In this document: piece by piece, positions 15,914 to 24,871 of the stretch
Layout of the letters: every line of letters begins with the position of its first letter
How positions within the stretch are numbered: the stretch's first letter is position 1
Source of the DNA: an uncultured Candidatus Saccharibacteria bacterium
GTDB taxonomy: Bacteria > Patescibacteriota > Doudnabacteria > UBA920
NCBI GenBank assembly: GCA_964407465.1
Contig: CAYOVR010000002.1
Span: 1-25,587 of the forward strand
DNA: 25,587 nucleotides
Direction of reading: 5' to 3'
The notes under the pieces: generated by a model
Database searches by the model: none
The model's input: the letters and a program-made list of their open reading frames with translations, nothing else
Told to the model about the DNA's origin: nothing
Translations under genes and position numbers: made by a program

Positions 15914-16603
15914 TTATCCTTTTGTTGACATCTTCTGTCGATAGTCATACATAACAATAGATACAGCTGAAGCTGCATTTAAGGATCTTATTGATCCATA
16001 TTGTGGGATAGAAACCATATCATATGAATGGTTTAATAAATTAATATCTACCCCATCTGATTCTGATCCAAATACCAAAAGATATTTTAGCTTAGGATTC
16101 CAATTGTAATCGTATAGAGAAATTGGTTTTTTCTCACAAGAAGTATTGTTTTCTATACATATGATTTTAAGGTCATTTACTCTAGCGAATTTCATTAATT
16201 CAACAATGTTATCTGTATGATACACGCTAGTGTAATGGTGTGTCCCTACAGACCCCCTACGATCCCATCTCTTGGACTCTGAGACCTGAATAACACCAGC
16301 CATGCCAAAAGCATTTGCGGAGCGTACAGCGCCAGAGAAGTTGATATCATGAGACCAGTTACACATGGCTACCCAAACAGGCACTTGTTTGTGAGACATG
16401 GCAGAGATTATTTCTTCTCTTGACAAGCCTTTAAATTCGTCAATAACATTACGAGGATCGTAGATATTGCTGAATTCCCAATCAACTAGGTTGGTTGACT
16501 GGTGTAATAGATCGTACGTTATTGAACGGTCTATCGTAATTGGCTTTCTTGAGACGGGTTTGAAAATCCTCAGATAAGTTTTCAGCACCGTAGATATCCG
16601 CAA
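15914..16603 (-). CDS. SpoU/TrmH-family SPOUT RNA 2'-O-methyltransferase
   Basis: HDINFSGAVRSANAFG, ICIEN, LVFGSESDGV, VSIPQYGSIRSLNAASAVSIVMYDY. The RNVID..WDRRG segments resemble, from memory, the actinobacterial Rv0380c-type subfamily. Confidence 0.9.
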   Translation of the reverse strand: MRISTVLKTYLRIFKPVSRKPITIDRSITYDLLHQSTNLVDWEFSNIYDPRNVIDEFKGLSREEIISAMSHKQVPVWVAMCNWSHDINFSGAVRSANAFGMAGVIQVSESKRWDRRGSVGTHHYTSVYHTDNIVELMKFARVNDLKIICIENNTSCEKKPISLYDYNWNPKLKYLLVFGSESDGVDINLLNHSYDMVSIPQYGSIRSLNAASAVSIVMYDYRQKMSTKG

Positions 16604-16970
16604 GAAGAATCACCTCAAAGTCATCGAGATAGTCAACAGCACTATCTCCAAAATGTTGCATTGTGGTAACCAAGTTACCTAATGCTTCAAATAATGGAAG
16701 AAGAGCAATGATTGTTTCATCATCATTTAAGACTACAGATTGTTGTGTAATCTTAAATTCATGAACGAATTCTATAAGACGTTCCTTAAGAAATGGATAA
16801 CCAAAGGTATCTACCCATTCATTTTTTTCTTCTTCTACAAGCGGAGCTTCTTCAATAACATTGGTAGCTGCTTTCACACACCACTGCCATTTATCTGGAT
16901 CAGCATCAGATACTGCACCATATAGGCTTCTATATATTTTACGTGAAAGATTTTCTATTCTGTCGTCCAT
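16482..16970 (-). CDS. hypothetical protein
   Basis: 162 aa; 3' end overlaps the TrmH gene. Confidence 0.65.
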   Translation of the reverse strand: MDDRIENLSRKIYRSLYGAVSDADPDKWQWCVKAATNVIEEAPLVEEEKNEWVDTFGYPFLKERLIEFVHEFKITQQSVVLNDDETIIALLPLFEALGNLVTTMQHFGDSAVDYLDDFEVILLADIYGAENLSEDFQTRLKKANYDRPFNNVRSITPVNQPS

Positions 16971-17107
16971 TTGGCAATCAGATCAGCAAGATTTTCTTCT
17001 TCTACAAAATATGGATAGGTTTCTTCGTCTAAATCTTTATCTTCAATAGTGTCAACATAATCTTCTGGAAAATCAGGATTAAATCCAGAAGTATTTTCAA
17101 TGCCCAT
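16955..17107 (-). CDS. 50-aa acidic hypothetical protein
   Basis: Not in the track. AGAAGGAG RBS, then MGIENTSGFNPDFPEDYVDTIEDKDLDEETYPYFVEEENLADLIAKWTTE*; fills the gap. Confidence 0.7.
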   Translation of the reverse strand: MGIENTSGFNPDFPEDYVDTIEDKDLDEETYPYFVEEENLADLIAKWTTE

Positions 17108-17128
17108 ATGATCTCCTTCTATAAAGGA

Positions 17129-17875
17129 TTAATGTGAAAGGACTTTTAGTTCTGCTTCAAGAGTAACAAGTTTTTTGTCTGTTGATTCCATTAGGTTCAG
17201 TAATACTGCTTTAGCAACTTTTTCTTTAGCTTTAATCATTGCTGGAGTAAAGAAGATACCACGTTCAAAAAGGTCATTATATTCACCAAGAATATAGTTA
17301 TACCATTTGATATCAGGTACCCCGTGATATTCTCTGCGATAACAAAGTTCAGTTGCTTGTGCGTTCATTCTAGAATATCTAAAACGAATCATATCTCCGT
17401 AGATTGCCGAAGTTGTATCCCAAGCAGGATTTTTAAGGTCCCACTTAATAAGTTTAGCGACATCTTCGACAGCATCTTTGCCCATTTTGGTTTTAGATAA
17501 AACAGAACGAGTTATATCAGAAGCTTTCTTTAAAGAATCTTCTGGTAAAAGATCTGGATTGATATAACATAGTCGAGAAACATAAGCAATTACTGCAATA
17601 GATGCTTCTGCGTTTGTTAGACCAGACTTTCTATTCTCATCAATAACTCCACGGATCGTGGTAGCAACAGGTCCATTGATGAAATAGTTATTTTCCCTGA
17701 ACATGATACCAAGCTTCCAGAGAAATGCTTCAACTTCAGCTGGAACTTCAGTGCCTTCTGTCAGCCCTAAGAATGCTGAACGATAAATTTCAGCCCAAGG
17801 TGCAATAGCAGATTGGAGAATATTAATATGAATAGTATACTTGTCAGGATTTAGTGGGTCATACTGCGGCATCAA
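17129..17875 (-). CDS. hypothetical protein
   Basis: 248 aa; ATGA overlap with the PNK stop. Confidence 0.8.
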   Translation of the reverse strand: MMPQYDPLNPDKYTIHINILQSAIAPWAEIYRSAFLGLTEGTEVPAEVEAFLWKLGIMFRENNYFINGPVATTIRGVIDENRKSGLTNAEASIAVIAYVSRLCYINPDLLPEDSLKKASDITRSVLSKTKMGKDAVEDVAKLIKWDLKNPAWDTTSAIYGDMIRFRYSRMNAQATELCYRREYHGVPDIKWYNYILGEYNDLFERGIFFTPAMIKAKEKVAKAVLLNLMESTDKKLVTLEAELKVLSH

Positions 17876-18828
17876 AAATCACCATCATTAACTTGCCAGG
17901 TGGGTAGTCCTAAGGATCTCCACATACGAACTACTTGATCTCGATCATCTAATACTAAAGTAGGATAGTATTTAGGAAGTACATTCTCAACAAGCAATTC
18001 GTATTTTACCACCGAATCCTTTCGTTGATCTTTTTCAGGTCGCATAAAGAGGTGATCATATGCCACCTCATACTTCTTTAACCATTCCTCAGTTTCTGGT
18101 CTACATACACCATCTCTACCAGAAAGAAGAATTACGGCACTATTAAGATATGCCCAGTCGAGATAGTCTCGAACCTTATAGTCGATACTATCGACACCTA
18201 CACGTTTCCAATCGAATGGGCTACGATCGCCCATGATTGCTAATGTTCCATCAATATCACAGATGGTACATGGTGGAAGGTCGGGATTTAGAATAAACTT
18301 GGATCTATCCATAACCATTTCTGGTATGGCTTTTTTACTCCATCGTTTATTCCAATCACCAAACATTCCTTTGATTGCTTGAGTTGGAACCTTATGTGGA
18401 TCACCAGTAGCTAAAAGATCTGTACGATTAGCATTGTTTTCTAGCGCTACCTCTAGTGGCACATCTAGCATGATTACAGCTACTTTAGCCATGCCAAATA
18501 CTAAGCCTTTAATCTGTCGTTCATGTATAGGATTAAGGTTAGTATCATCTACAATGACATGGCGACCAGCTTTAATAGCATTTAAGATGATTGAATCTCT
18601 TACTTTAAGAACAACAGATTCATTAGGTTTAGAAAATTTAGAGTCAAACATCATGGCTCGTAAATCATCTTTGTTCACACGTACATATTTATTAGGATTC
18701 TTATTAAGAATTTCTTTAGCGTGTGTAGTTTTACCTGAAGCAGGTAAGCCCTTAAGAATATAAACAGTTGGAAGTTTTTCTTCTACTGTAGCCAAGTTGC
18801 TGTTGATTGTGGTTTCACTAGTCGCCAT
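17872..18828 (-). CDS. pseT: bifunctional polynucleotide 5'-kinase/3'-phosphatase (T4 PseT-like)
   Basis: P-loop LKGLPASGKTT, RVNKDDLR, VIVDDTNL; HAD domain CDIDGTLA, LSGR, LFMRP..RKDSVVK, LDDRDQVVRMWR. Confidence 0.9.
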   Translation of the reverse strand: MATSETTINSNLATVEEKLPTVYILKGLPASGKTTHAKEILNKNPNKYVRVNKDDLRAMMFDSKFSKPNESVVLKVRDSIILNAIKAGRHVIVDDTNLNPIHERQIKGLVFGMAKVAVIMLDVPLEVALENNANRTDLLATGDPHKVPTQAIKGMFGDWNKRWSKKAIPEMVMDRSKFILNPDLPPCTICDIDGTLAIMGDRSPFDWKRVGVDSIDYKVRDYLDWAYLNSAVILLSGRDGVCRPETEEWLKKYEVAYDHLFMRPEKDQRKDSVVKYELLVENVLPKYYPTLVLDDRDQVVRMWRSLGLPTWQVNDGDF

Positions 18829-19742
18829 ATATAAGAGCTACCTTTAATAATCGCTGACTTAGCAAAAGGTGTTAAGCCAAAATCTTTATCAGGGATACTT
18901 GCTATAATTTCAGAAAGAGTTAAATCAGGATTATTATCGTCTGCAGTTTGTAATTCTTCCATGACTTTCTCTGATAAAAAGTCATAACTATCTTTAATAT
19001 TTACCATTCGAGATTCAACCCAATCAATAAATTCTTGGGGTGACCCTCTTGGAATCAAAGCAATTGGATCTTGATAAGCAGAAACTAATTCCCATATACG
19101 CAGAGTATTTAATTCTTTTATAGCATCTTTGATTGCCATAAAAGCATAGGTGGGATAGTAGGTGCGCTCAACACCAGTGTCAGAAACCCAACAATATACA
19201 GCTCGATAAGAAATAGGATGTGGATCTAAAAGCAGGTCTTTCATGGTAGTTGCATTTTTTAATACCATGTATGGATTTTCAAGACCTTCAGATGTTATGT
19301 CTTCGGTATCCCAATCATATCTGCCAATGACATCTTGTAGAGTTTCTTGAATGTGGAATTCACCGTCTTCATCTTCGTGTCCAGCATCTATATATTCAAA
19401 CCTAAGAATAATAGGTGCATTTTTGCTAATGATTGGACAGATAATTCCTTCAACATATGTATTGATTTTATGTAGATCAGTTCTACATTTTAGATCAACT
19501 ATACTTTCAAGAAGTTTTTCTAATCGCACTTTAATAAATGCAATAAGTTCTTTTTCCATTACCTTAGAACTATCACCACGATGACGTGGAGTATTAATTG
19601 TCTCTAAATTAACTGTTGATTTATTGTAAGTGAAGAAAAATTGCCAGTTATTCTCTACAATTGTAGAAAGAGGTTTTGTGACTGGTGGAATCTTTGCTTC
19701 ATAATCAAATACTACGTGATCAAATAAATCATACAGTTCCAT
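18783..19742 (-). CDS. RNA-ligase-like protein (Rnl1-type C-terminal fold), catalytic motifs apparently degenerate
   Basis: LRFEYI resembles ligase motif III. The C-terminus LNTLRIWELV..LIPRGSPQEFIDWV..YIWRLVKP resembles phage RNA ligase tails. No KxDG or KxK motif is visible. Located directly upstream of PNK. Confidence 0.45.
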   Translation of the reverse strand: MELYDLFDHVVFDYEAKIPPVTKPLSTIVENNWQFFFTYNKSTVNLETINTPRHRGDSSKVMEKELIAFIKVRLEKLLESIVDLKCRTDLHKINTYVEGIICPIISKNAPIILRFEYIDAGHEDEDGEFHIQETLQDVIGRYDWDTEDITSEGLENPYMVLKNATTMKDLLLDPHPISYRAVYCWVSDTGVERTYYPTYAFMAIKDAIKELNTLRIWELVSAYQDPIALIPRGSPQEFIDWVESRMVNIKDSYDFLSEKVMEELQTADDNNPDLTLSEIIASIPDKDFGLTPFAKSAIIKGSSYIWRLVKPQSTATWLQ

Positions 19743-20027
19743 CTAGTTTGCCTGATTCTCTAGGTTAAAAACTCTTTCTTCCACCCAATCCACATGATCT
19801 TTTAATCTATTGACTGTTATAAGAATTTCTTTATATCTATCATTTAATTGTTTCGTTGTATTTTGAAGTTCATTGTTTAACTTATAGAGTTCTTTAACTC
19901 CATCAGTAATTGCTTGAGTGGTATCAATGACTGTTGTTAACGATAGATCAAAATACTGTCTTAGATCTTTTAAGAATTCCTTATCTTCTTCACTTATAGA
20001 TGATTCTTCAGATTCCTCTTCTACCAT
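19743..20027 (-). CDS. coiled-coil hypothetical protein
   Basis: 94 aa with heptad pattern. Confidence 0.7.
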   Translation of the reverse strand: MVEEESEESSISEEDKEFLKDLRQYFDLSLTTVIDTTQAITDGVKELYKLNNELQNTTKQLNDRYKEILITVNRLKDHVDWVEERVFNLENQAN

Positions 20028-21694
20028 TTATTCTGCTTCTTTCTCTGATTTCTTTTAATAATTGCTTCTTGAAGAGCAGAACGAGGGTGTTCATCGATCC
20101 ATCTCTGAATGAGTTGGGATGCTTCACCCTTACCTAGATCAGTAGTGACTGGGATGCCTTTATTCCTTAAGAATTTAATTTGCTTTTCTGTAGGAGGATC
20201 TCCACGCCAATGGCTTTCAATTGAAAGCAGTGTACATTCATTCGGAAAGTTATCAATAATATATTTGTCTGCCTGATTAAAGGCGCCAACTAATGTTTCT
20301 GTTACTCCACCCGATGATGCTTTAGATGACTTTTCTTTCCACTCCCATCCTAATAGATGAGGAGCAATTTGTATCTGAGTACCTGATACAGGAGAAATTA
20401 TATATGATTCTCCTACTTGAGACCATATGAACTTAGAGTGCTCTAATACAATCTCAGGTGTAGGTGGAGGACGCATAAGATCTATACGTTCCCAAGCCAA
20501 TTCAATATCTTTAATTGATCTTACTGCAGCTGCTTCTGAAGGGCTTTTATCTTCGAGTTCAAAGAATTTTTGAGCCACTTCAGATAGATCTGCGCCGTCC
20601 AAGTCAAAGTCAGGAGGCAAACCAAGAGTAGATGGAAGTCCATATGGAACTTTGTTTTTAGTAGCGTCAGCCAAGTCAATAATAAGGCAAAAGTCTTTTC
20701 CTTCATATAATCTTGTGCCTCTTCCTACCATTTGAGTATATGTTAACGGAGATTTTGTGGGACGAGCAAGGATAATACCAGATACGGATGGCTCGTCAAA
20801 TCCTTCTGTCAAAACTCCTACATTAATAAGAACTTTTATTTCACCAGCTCTAAACTTAGTATATATTTCAGAGCGGTCTTCGCGTTTTGTTTTAGCATCT
20901 ATAGCAGCTGTATTGATATCGAATTGCTTAAAAACCTCAACTAAATTATGAGCATGTTCAACATTAACAGCAAATACAATAGTTGGTTGGTCTTTTAAGA
21001 ACTTGAGATAAGATGTCGCAACTAAATTATTGCGATCTTTAGTATCAATAGCAGCAGCTAATTCTGCAACACCATAGTCACCATTAGATACAGATACATC
21101 AGAGATATCTGCATTAGTTTTAATTCGATGGCCACGTAATGGTGAAAGGTATTTATTATCAATACCATAATCAATTGGATAGTAAGCAACTACTTCATCG
21201 AACGCTGCTGACAGTCCTACTTTATCAGTACGTTGAGGTGTAGCAGTAACACCCAATAAGAGATCTGGTGTAAAGTATTCTAAGATACTTTTATAAGTAT
21301 TTGCAGCAGCATGATGAGCTTCATCTACTACAATAACTTTAAAGTGATCAGGAGGAAAAGTTTCAAGTCTTTTACGTCCTCTAGCAGTTCCTAAGGTTTG
21401 GACTGATGCCACTACTACATCAGTTTCAAGGGAACCATATTCTTTTGCTTGTTCCTTAGATACTGTAAGTTCTGGATTGATTTGTCGTATCTTATCAGTT
21501 GCTTGATCTAAGAGTTCTTCTCTATGAGCAATGATTAACATTGGATAAGATTGCGAACGAACCTTACCAATAGAGCAAAAGATTACAGTTTTACCAAGAC
21601 CAGTTGCTAATACGGCAAGTTGTTTCTTAACACCTCTTGTTTCGGCTTTACAAATATTTTCTAAAGTTTCTACCTGATAATCTCTTAATTTCAC
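20021..21694 (-). CDS. superfamily 2 DExH helicase (ResIII/Irc3-like)
   Basis: Q motif LRDYQ, motif I ATGLGKT, II DEAHH, III TAT, V LTEGFDEP, VI QMVGRGTR; C-terminal PPTEKQ..KGEASQLI element. Confidence 0.9.
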   Translation of the reverse strand: MKLRDYQVETLENICKAETRGVKKQLAVLATGLGKTVIFCSIGKVRSQSYPMLIIAHREELLDQATDKIRQINPELTVSKEQAKEYGSLETDVVVASVQTLGTARGRKRLETFPPDHFKVIVVDEAHHAAANTYKSILEYFTPDLLLGVTATPQRTDKVGLSAAFDEVVAYYPIDYGIDNKYLSPLRGHRIKTNADISDVSVSNGDYGVAELAAAIDTKDRNNLVATSYLKFLKDQPTIVFAVNVEHAHNLVEVFKQFDINTAAIDAKTKREDRSEIYTKFRAGEIKVLINVGVLTEGFDEPSVSGIILARPTKSPLTYTQMVGRGTRLYEGKDFCLIIDLADATKNKVPYGLPSTLGLPPDFDLDGADLSEVAQKFFELEDKSPSEAAAVRSIKDIELAWERIDLMRPPPTPEIVLEHSKFIWSQVGESYIISPVSGTQIQIAPHLLGWEWKEKSSKASSGGVTETLVGAFNQADKYIIDNFPNECTLLSIESHWRGDPPTEKQIKFLRNKGIPVTTDLGKGEASQLIQRWIDEHPRSALQEAIIKRNQRKKQNKW

Positions 21695-22365
21695 TGTGTC
21701 GTTGCAGCCTTGTCTTTTTGTCGTTGGTTTGCAATAAGTTTACCAAACATTAGACTGTTCTGGTTAACATCCAGCAAGGGAATATTGTGTGGATGCATTT
21801 CCAAACCCAATGATGCTAATTTACCTTCAAGAAGTTTAACTACCTGAGATCCATGTACAGAAGATTTAATAAAATGACCGAATGGAAGCACTGCCATAAA
21901 AGCATGGTATGTGTTAGTGATTAACTCTTTATAAAGACTCTCTGAAGGAGCTTCCACCTTCCAGTCAACCTTATTGGTTTCTTCATTAAGTCTATAGTTT
22001 GTGTACTCAATAATGATACCAATATCACAAGAAGAAATACAAAGCAGACCTTCATGTAATTTTTCGTCTTCTGAAATAGGATTCAATACCAAAGTGTATT
22101 CACGAAGTCCAGTAGTGAGACATGTTACTGCTACAGCTTGGAACATTGTTCCTAAGTACGTATTATCATCATCTACTGGAAGGCTAAAGCTCAAGATTGG
22201 ATAGCCATGGTGAAAAAAGGTAAGAACATTTCTTGGAGTAACTTTAGCCTTAATGTCTTCGGACACAAGGGTAAGAGTTTGTGATACCTGAGCTAAATAC
22301 TCTTTAGAATGTTCATCAACATAACGATGAACCATATCATAGGTGGGTACACTTTTATTGTTCAA
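21691..22365 (-). CDS. hypothetical protein
   Basis: 224 aa; 4-nt overlaps on both sides. Confidence 0.75.
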   Translation of the reverse strand: MNNKSVPTYDMVHRYVDEHSKEYLAQVSQTLTLVSEDIKAKVTPRNVLTFFHHGYPILSFSLPVDDDNTYLGTMFQAVAVTCLTTGLREYTLVLNPISEDEKLHEGLLCISSCDIGIIIEYTNYRLNEETNKVDWKVEAPSESLYKELITNTYHAFMAVLPFGHFIKSSVHGSQVVKLLEGKLASLGLEMHPHNIPLLDVNQNSLMFGKLIANQRQKDKAATTQ

Positions 22366-22571
22366 GTTAAATCCTTCTTGATACTTGTGGTTTTATTTTT
22401 GATATAATAACCACAAAGAACAACAGCGAAGACAAGATAGCCTATAGCTAGCAATGGCCATAAGATAGATATAGATACTTTAAGCCAGGCAGAATCTATG
22501 TATCCTATATAAGCATACATAAAATGATATACATAACCAGCTATTAAAACATATACAAGAAAAGCTAACAT
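22362..22571 (-). CDS. small membrane protein
   Basis: 69 aa with two hydrophobic segments and a basic tail. Confidence 0.7.
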   Translation of the reverse strand: MLAFLVYVLIAGYVYHFMYAYIGYIDSAWLKVSISILWPLLAIGYLVFAVVLCGYYIKNKTTSIKKDLT

Positions 22572-23038
22572 TCTGCAAGAATATCCTTAATCGGAATTTG
22601 GTTCATCTGTACTTTGACAGACTCTCCCCACCTTCTAAAGATAATCGTTTGAACACCAGCTTCATATAGAAGTGTAAGACAATAAAGACAAGGACAAGTA
22701 TTAGGCATAGGGTTACGACTCCCTATATTATTGCCCCCAACAAATACTGTACATCCTTCAAGGCTACTTGTTTGGCGCCAAAGATCAAGCTCAGCATGCA
22801 TACCAGAAATAGCAGGATAGTCTTTTGAAACAGTATTTGCTGGTCTATGAATCTTGTTTTTTCCCCAAACAAATGAACCTTTAACTCGGGCCATTGCCAA
22901 CATTGCATAAGATCCACGGGAGTCGTGTCCCATAGATTTTGCAATAAGTTTGTTCATTAAGATTTCTTCAGTACGACTAAGTTCTGTATGAAAGTCGTCC
23001 AAACTTACTTTCTTAACAACACTAAGAAGATCACTCAT
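22565..23038 (-). CDS. Zn-dependent cytidine/dCMP-deaminase-superfamily protein
   Basis: GMHAEL ... CPCLYC (HAE/PCxxC), with WGKN before and AGVQTIIF after. Confidence 0.85.
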   Translation of the reverse strand: MSDLLSVVKKVSLDDFHTELSRTEEILMNKLIAKSMGHDSRGSYAMLAMARVKGSFVWGKNKIHRPANTVSKDYPAISGMHAELDLWRQTSSLEGCTVFVGGNNIGSRNPMPNTCPCLYCLTLLYEAGVQTIIFRRWGESVKVQMNQIPIKDILAEC

Positions 23039-23235
23039 CAGCTATCCGGCGGCACAAATCGCTTCTTGCCACTACCAGCATCCATAACTAAAGTTGGGAT
23101 GCGATGAATACATGGCTGAGTAAAATGAAGTACATTCTTTTTCTTGGAACCAGACGTACCAGAAGATGATTTCTGATGCTTGTAATGCTTTCCGTCTTGG
23201 TACTTTTTCTTAGATGACATTACTTGTTCAGCCAT
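23038..23235 (-). CDS. small basic hypothetical protein
   Basis: 65 aa, Lys-rich; TGATG overlap. Confidence 0.55.
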   Translation of the reverse strand: MAEQVMSSKKKYQDGKHYKHQKSSSGTSGSKKKNVLHFTQPCIHRIPTLVMDAGSGKKRFVPPDS

Positions 23236-23247
23236 TATATTACTCCA

Positions 23248-23697
23248 TCAAGTTCGTTGTGGACGTACTCCATTGTCTATATCTGCTTTAAGCTTTGCTT
23301 GTTGTTCTGAAAAGACTTTACGTGCTCGTTCATAGTTGTAATCACACAGAGAAAAACTATATGTAGGTAGTTTTTTATATGATCTTTCATATAAGAAAAA
23401 ATCACATTCTTCACGATTATATACATAATCGCCAGGATGATGGTTAGAATAAGATTCTTTTACTTCACCTACAATATTGCCATATTCATCAAAATTGGCA
23501 TTAATGCATAATCGTTTTTTTATAACAGGAACAGAAGTGACTAAGTCTACTTCTTTAATTTTATAACCATAACTATTTTCTCCAATACCTTCATTCATTT
23601 CATTGCAAAATTGTTCTGCTAGTTCTCTTGTAGCATAGACATCTATAATCTGATAAAGACTATATTCACCATATTCTATTAAATATACTTTATCCAT
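23248..23697 (-). CDS. hypothetical phage protein
   Basis: N-terminus VYLIEYGEYSLYQIIDVYATRELAE is of a type I associate with small phage proteins. Confidence 0.7.
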   Translation of the reverse strand: MDKVYLIEYGEYSLYQIIDVYATRELAEQFCNEMNEGIGENSYGYKIKEVDLVTSVPVIKKRLCINANFDEYGNIVGEVKESYSNHHPGDYVYNREECDFFLYERSYKKLPTYSFSLCDYNYERARKVFSEQQAKLKADIDNGVRPQRT

Positions 23698-23702
23698 AAT
23701 AT

Positions 23703-23924
23703 TTAGTCTTCAAGTGGTGGAGCTGTGTAATGCTCAATAATAGTGATTTGACTTTGAATCTTTTCTAGCCATTCTCTAGCTTTGACTACTTGATCAAGTC
23801 GACGTTCATATTGAGCTACAGTAATTTCATCAGATTCATGTGTTAAAGTATCTGCTTCTAAAGCTAGATTTATGAGTTCTAATCCCGTACAAGCTATATT
23901 TAATGCTCTATCGTGGTTTACCAT
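23703..23924 (-). CDS. hypothetical protein (73 aa)
   Basis: Start moved to ATG 23924 (AAGGA RBS) because the track's longer version runs through the tRNA. Confidence 0.7.
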   Translation of the reverse strand: MVNHDRALNIACTGLELINLALEADTLTHESDEITVAQYERRLDQVVKAREWLEKIQSQITIIEHYTAPPLED

Positions 23925-23956
23925 TTTATATTCCTTTTTAGCATAAATTGAAGTAG

Positions 23957-24030
23957 TAGGGGTGATGGGAATTGAACCCACTATCTTTGGTATATAAGAC
24001 CAAGGCATTTACCGTTTATGCTACACCCCA
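23957..24030 (-). tRNA. tRNA-Ile, anticodon TAT (UAU)
   Basis: Cloverleaf: TGGGGTG-TA-GCAT AAACGGTAA ATGC-C-TTGGT CTTATAT ACCAA-AGATA-GTGGG TTCAATT CCCAT-CACCCCT-A; U1:U72 mismatch; no encoded CCA. Confidence 0.85.
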
Positions 24031-24113
24031 ATGGCCAGATAAACTCAGAATCCACTCTAAAATTTTTCTTAGTTTTAGTTCCTATAGGTCATAATATAAT
24101 CATGGACAAGCAG

Positions 24114-24338
24114 TTATTCACCATAATTAGTACTCATATAATTTTTTACGGTAATAACGAGTTCTTTGATTTCTACAGCTGTAAAAGTCTTATCTTCATA
24201 AGGAGCTACTAGACTATTGACGGCTAATTCCATAGAATCTATACAGTCGTTAATAACTTCCCACATTAAATCAAATACAATGTCATTATCTATCAAATAG
24301 TTAATATCATCTAATATTTGATCTGGCGTTCTTTTCAT
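24114..24338 (-). CDS. hypothetical protein
   Basis: 74 aa, acidic. Confidence 0.65.
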   Translation of the reverse strand: MKRTPDQILDDINYLIDNDIVFDLMWEVINDCIDSMELAVNSLVAPYEDKTFTAVEIKELVITVKNYMSTNYGE

Positions 24339-24871
24339 ATAACATCTCGAGAATCTGCTAATACGATCTTATGGCGCCATTCATTATCGATTGGCCAAAT
24401 GAGATATTTACCAAGATTATGACCTTCAATAGGCGTAAATTTATTATCTAAACGATGATAAACACCATCTAGAACACTAATTAATCCCAAATAAATTCCT
24501 TGTATATTAACAGGAACTCGAAACCAAACGGCTAATCTTTTATCATCTTGCGGGTCATATTCAGTATAAGTAGATCCACAGGCAGGTCCTGGCTTGTGGA
24601 AATAACCTAATATATGAGTTTTGATATAACTTTTTGTAACTCCTTCTGAAGGAGTACTCATATATGGTTGAAGAGTTAGAGGTGCAGAAAGTATATCATA
24701 ATCATCTCTGATAGCTTTAGGCATTGTGCGTTGTGCATCACGTGCGCCTAAAGAATATCTTACTGCAATTCTAGAAATGTCAAAAAGTCGAATATTAGTA
24801 GTCGGATAAATTTCCGGCAATCTCATATTTGAGACATTGCTACCAAGATCAAGTTTTCTGCGTTTTGTCAT
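24335..24871 (-). CDS. hypothetical protein
   Basis: 178 aa; ATGA overlap. Confidence 0.7.
   Translation of the reverse strand: MTKRRKLDLGSNVSNMRLPEIYPTTNIRLFDISRIAVRYSLGARDAQRTMPKAIRDDYDILSAPLTLQPYMSTPSEGVTKSYIKTHILGYFHKPGPACGSTYTEYDPQDDKRLAVWFRVPVNIQGIYLGLISVLDGVYHRLDNKFTPIEGHNLGKYLIWPIDNEWRHKIVLADSRDVI

Noticed and set aside
1471-22944. Short alternative-frame minus-strand ORFs nested in larger genes (1471..1674, 3834..4028, 6961..7164, 7438..7632, 13691..13873, 15471..15656, 20521..20706, 22723..22944)
   Set aside because: They are contained in or mostly overlap motif-bearing genes, with no motifs or clear RBS.
23925-24008. N-terminal extension of ORF 23703..24008
   Set aside because: It runs through the tRNA-Ile gene; ATG 23924 has an AAGGA RBS and is the better start.
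14431-24111. Shared 9-mer GCTTGTCCA (minus strand) in two intergenic gaps, as a possible phage promoter motif
   Set aside because: Only two copies, no consistently spaced -10 element, and one shared 9-mer among several hundred intergenic bases is plausible by chance.
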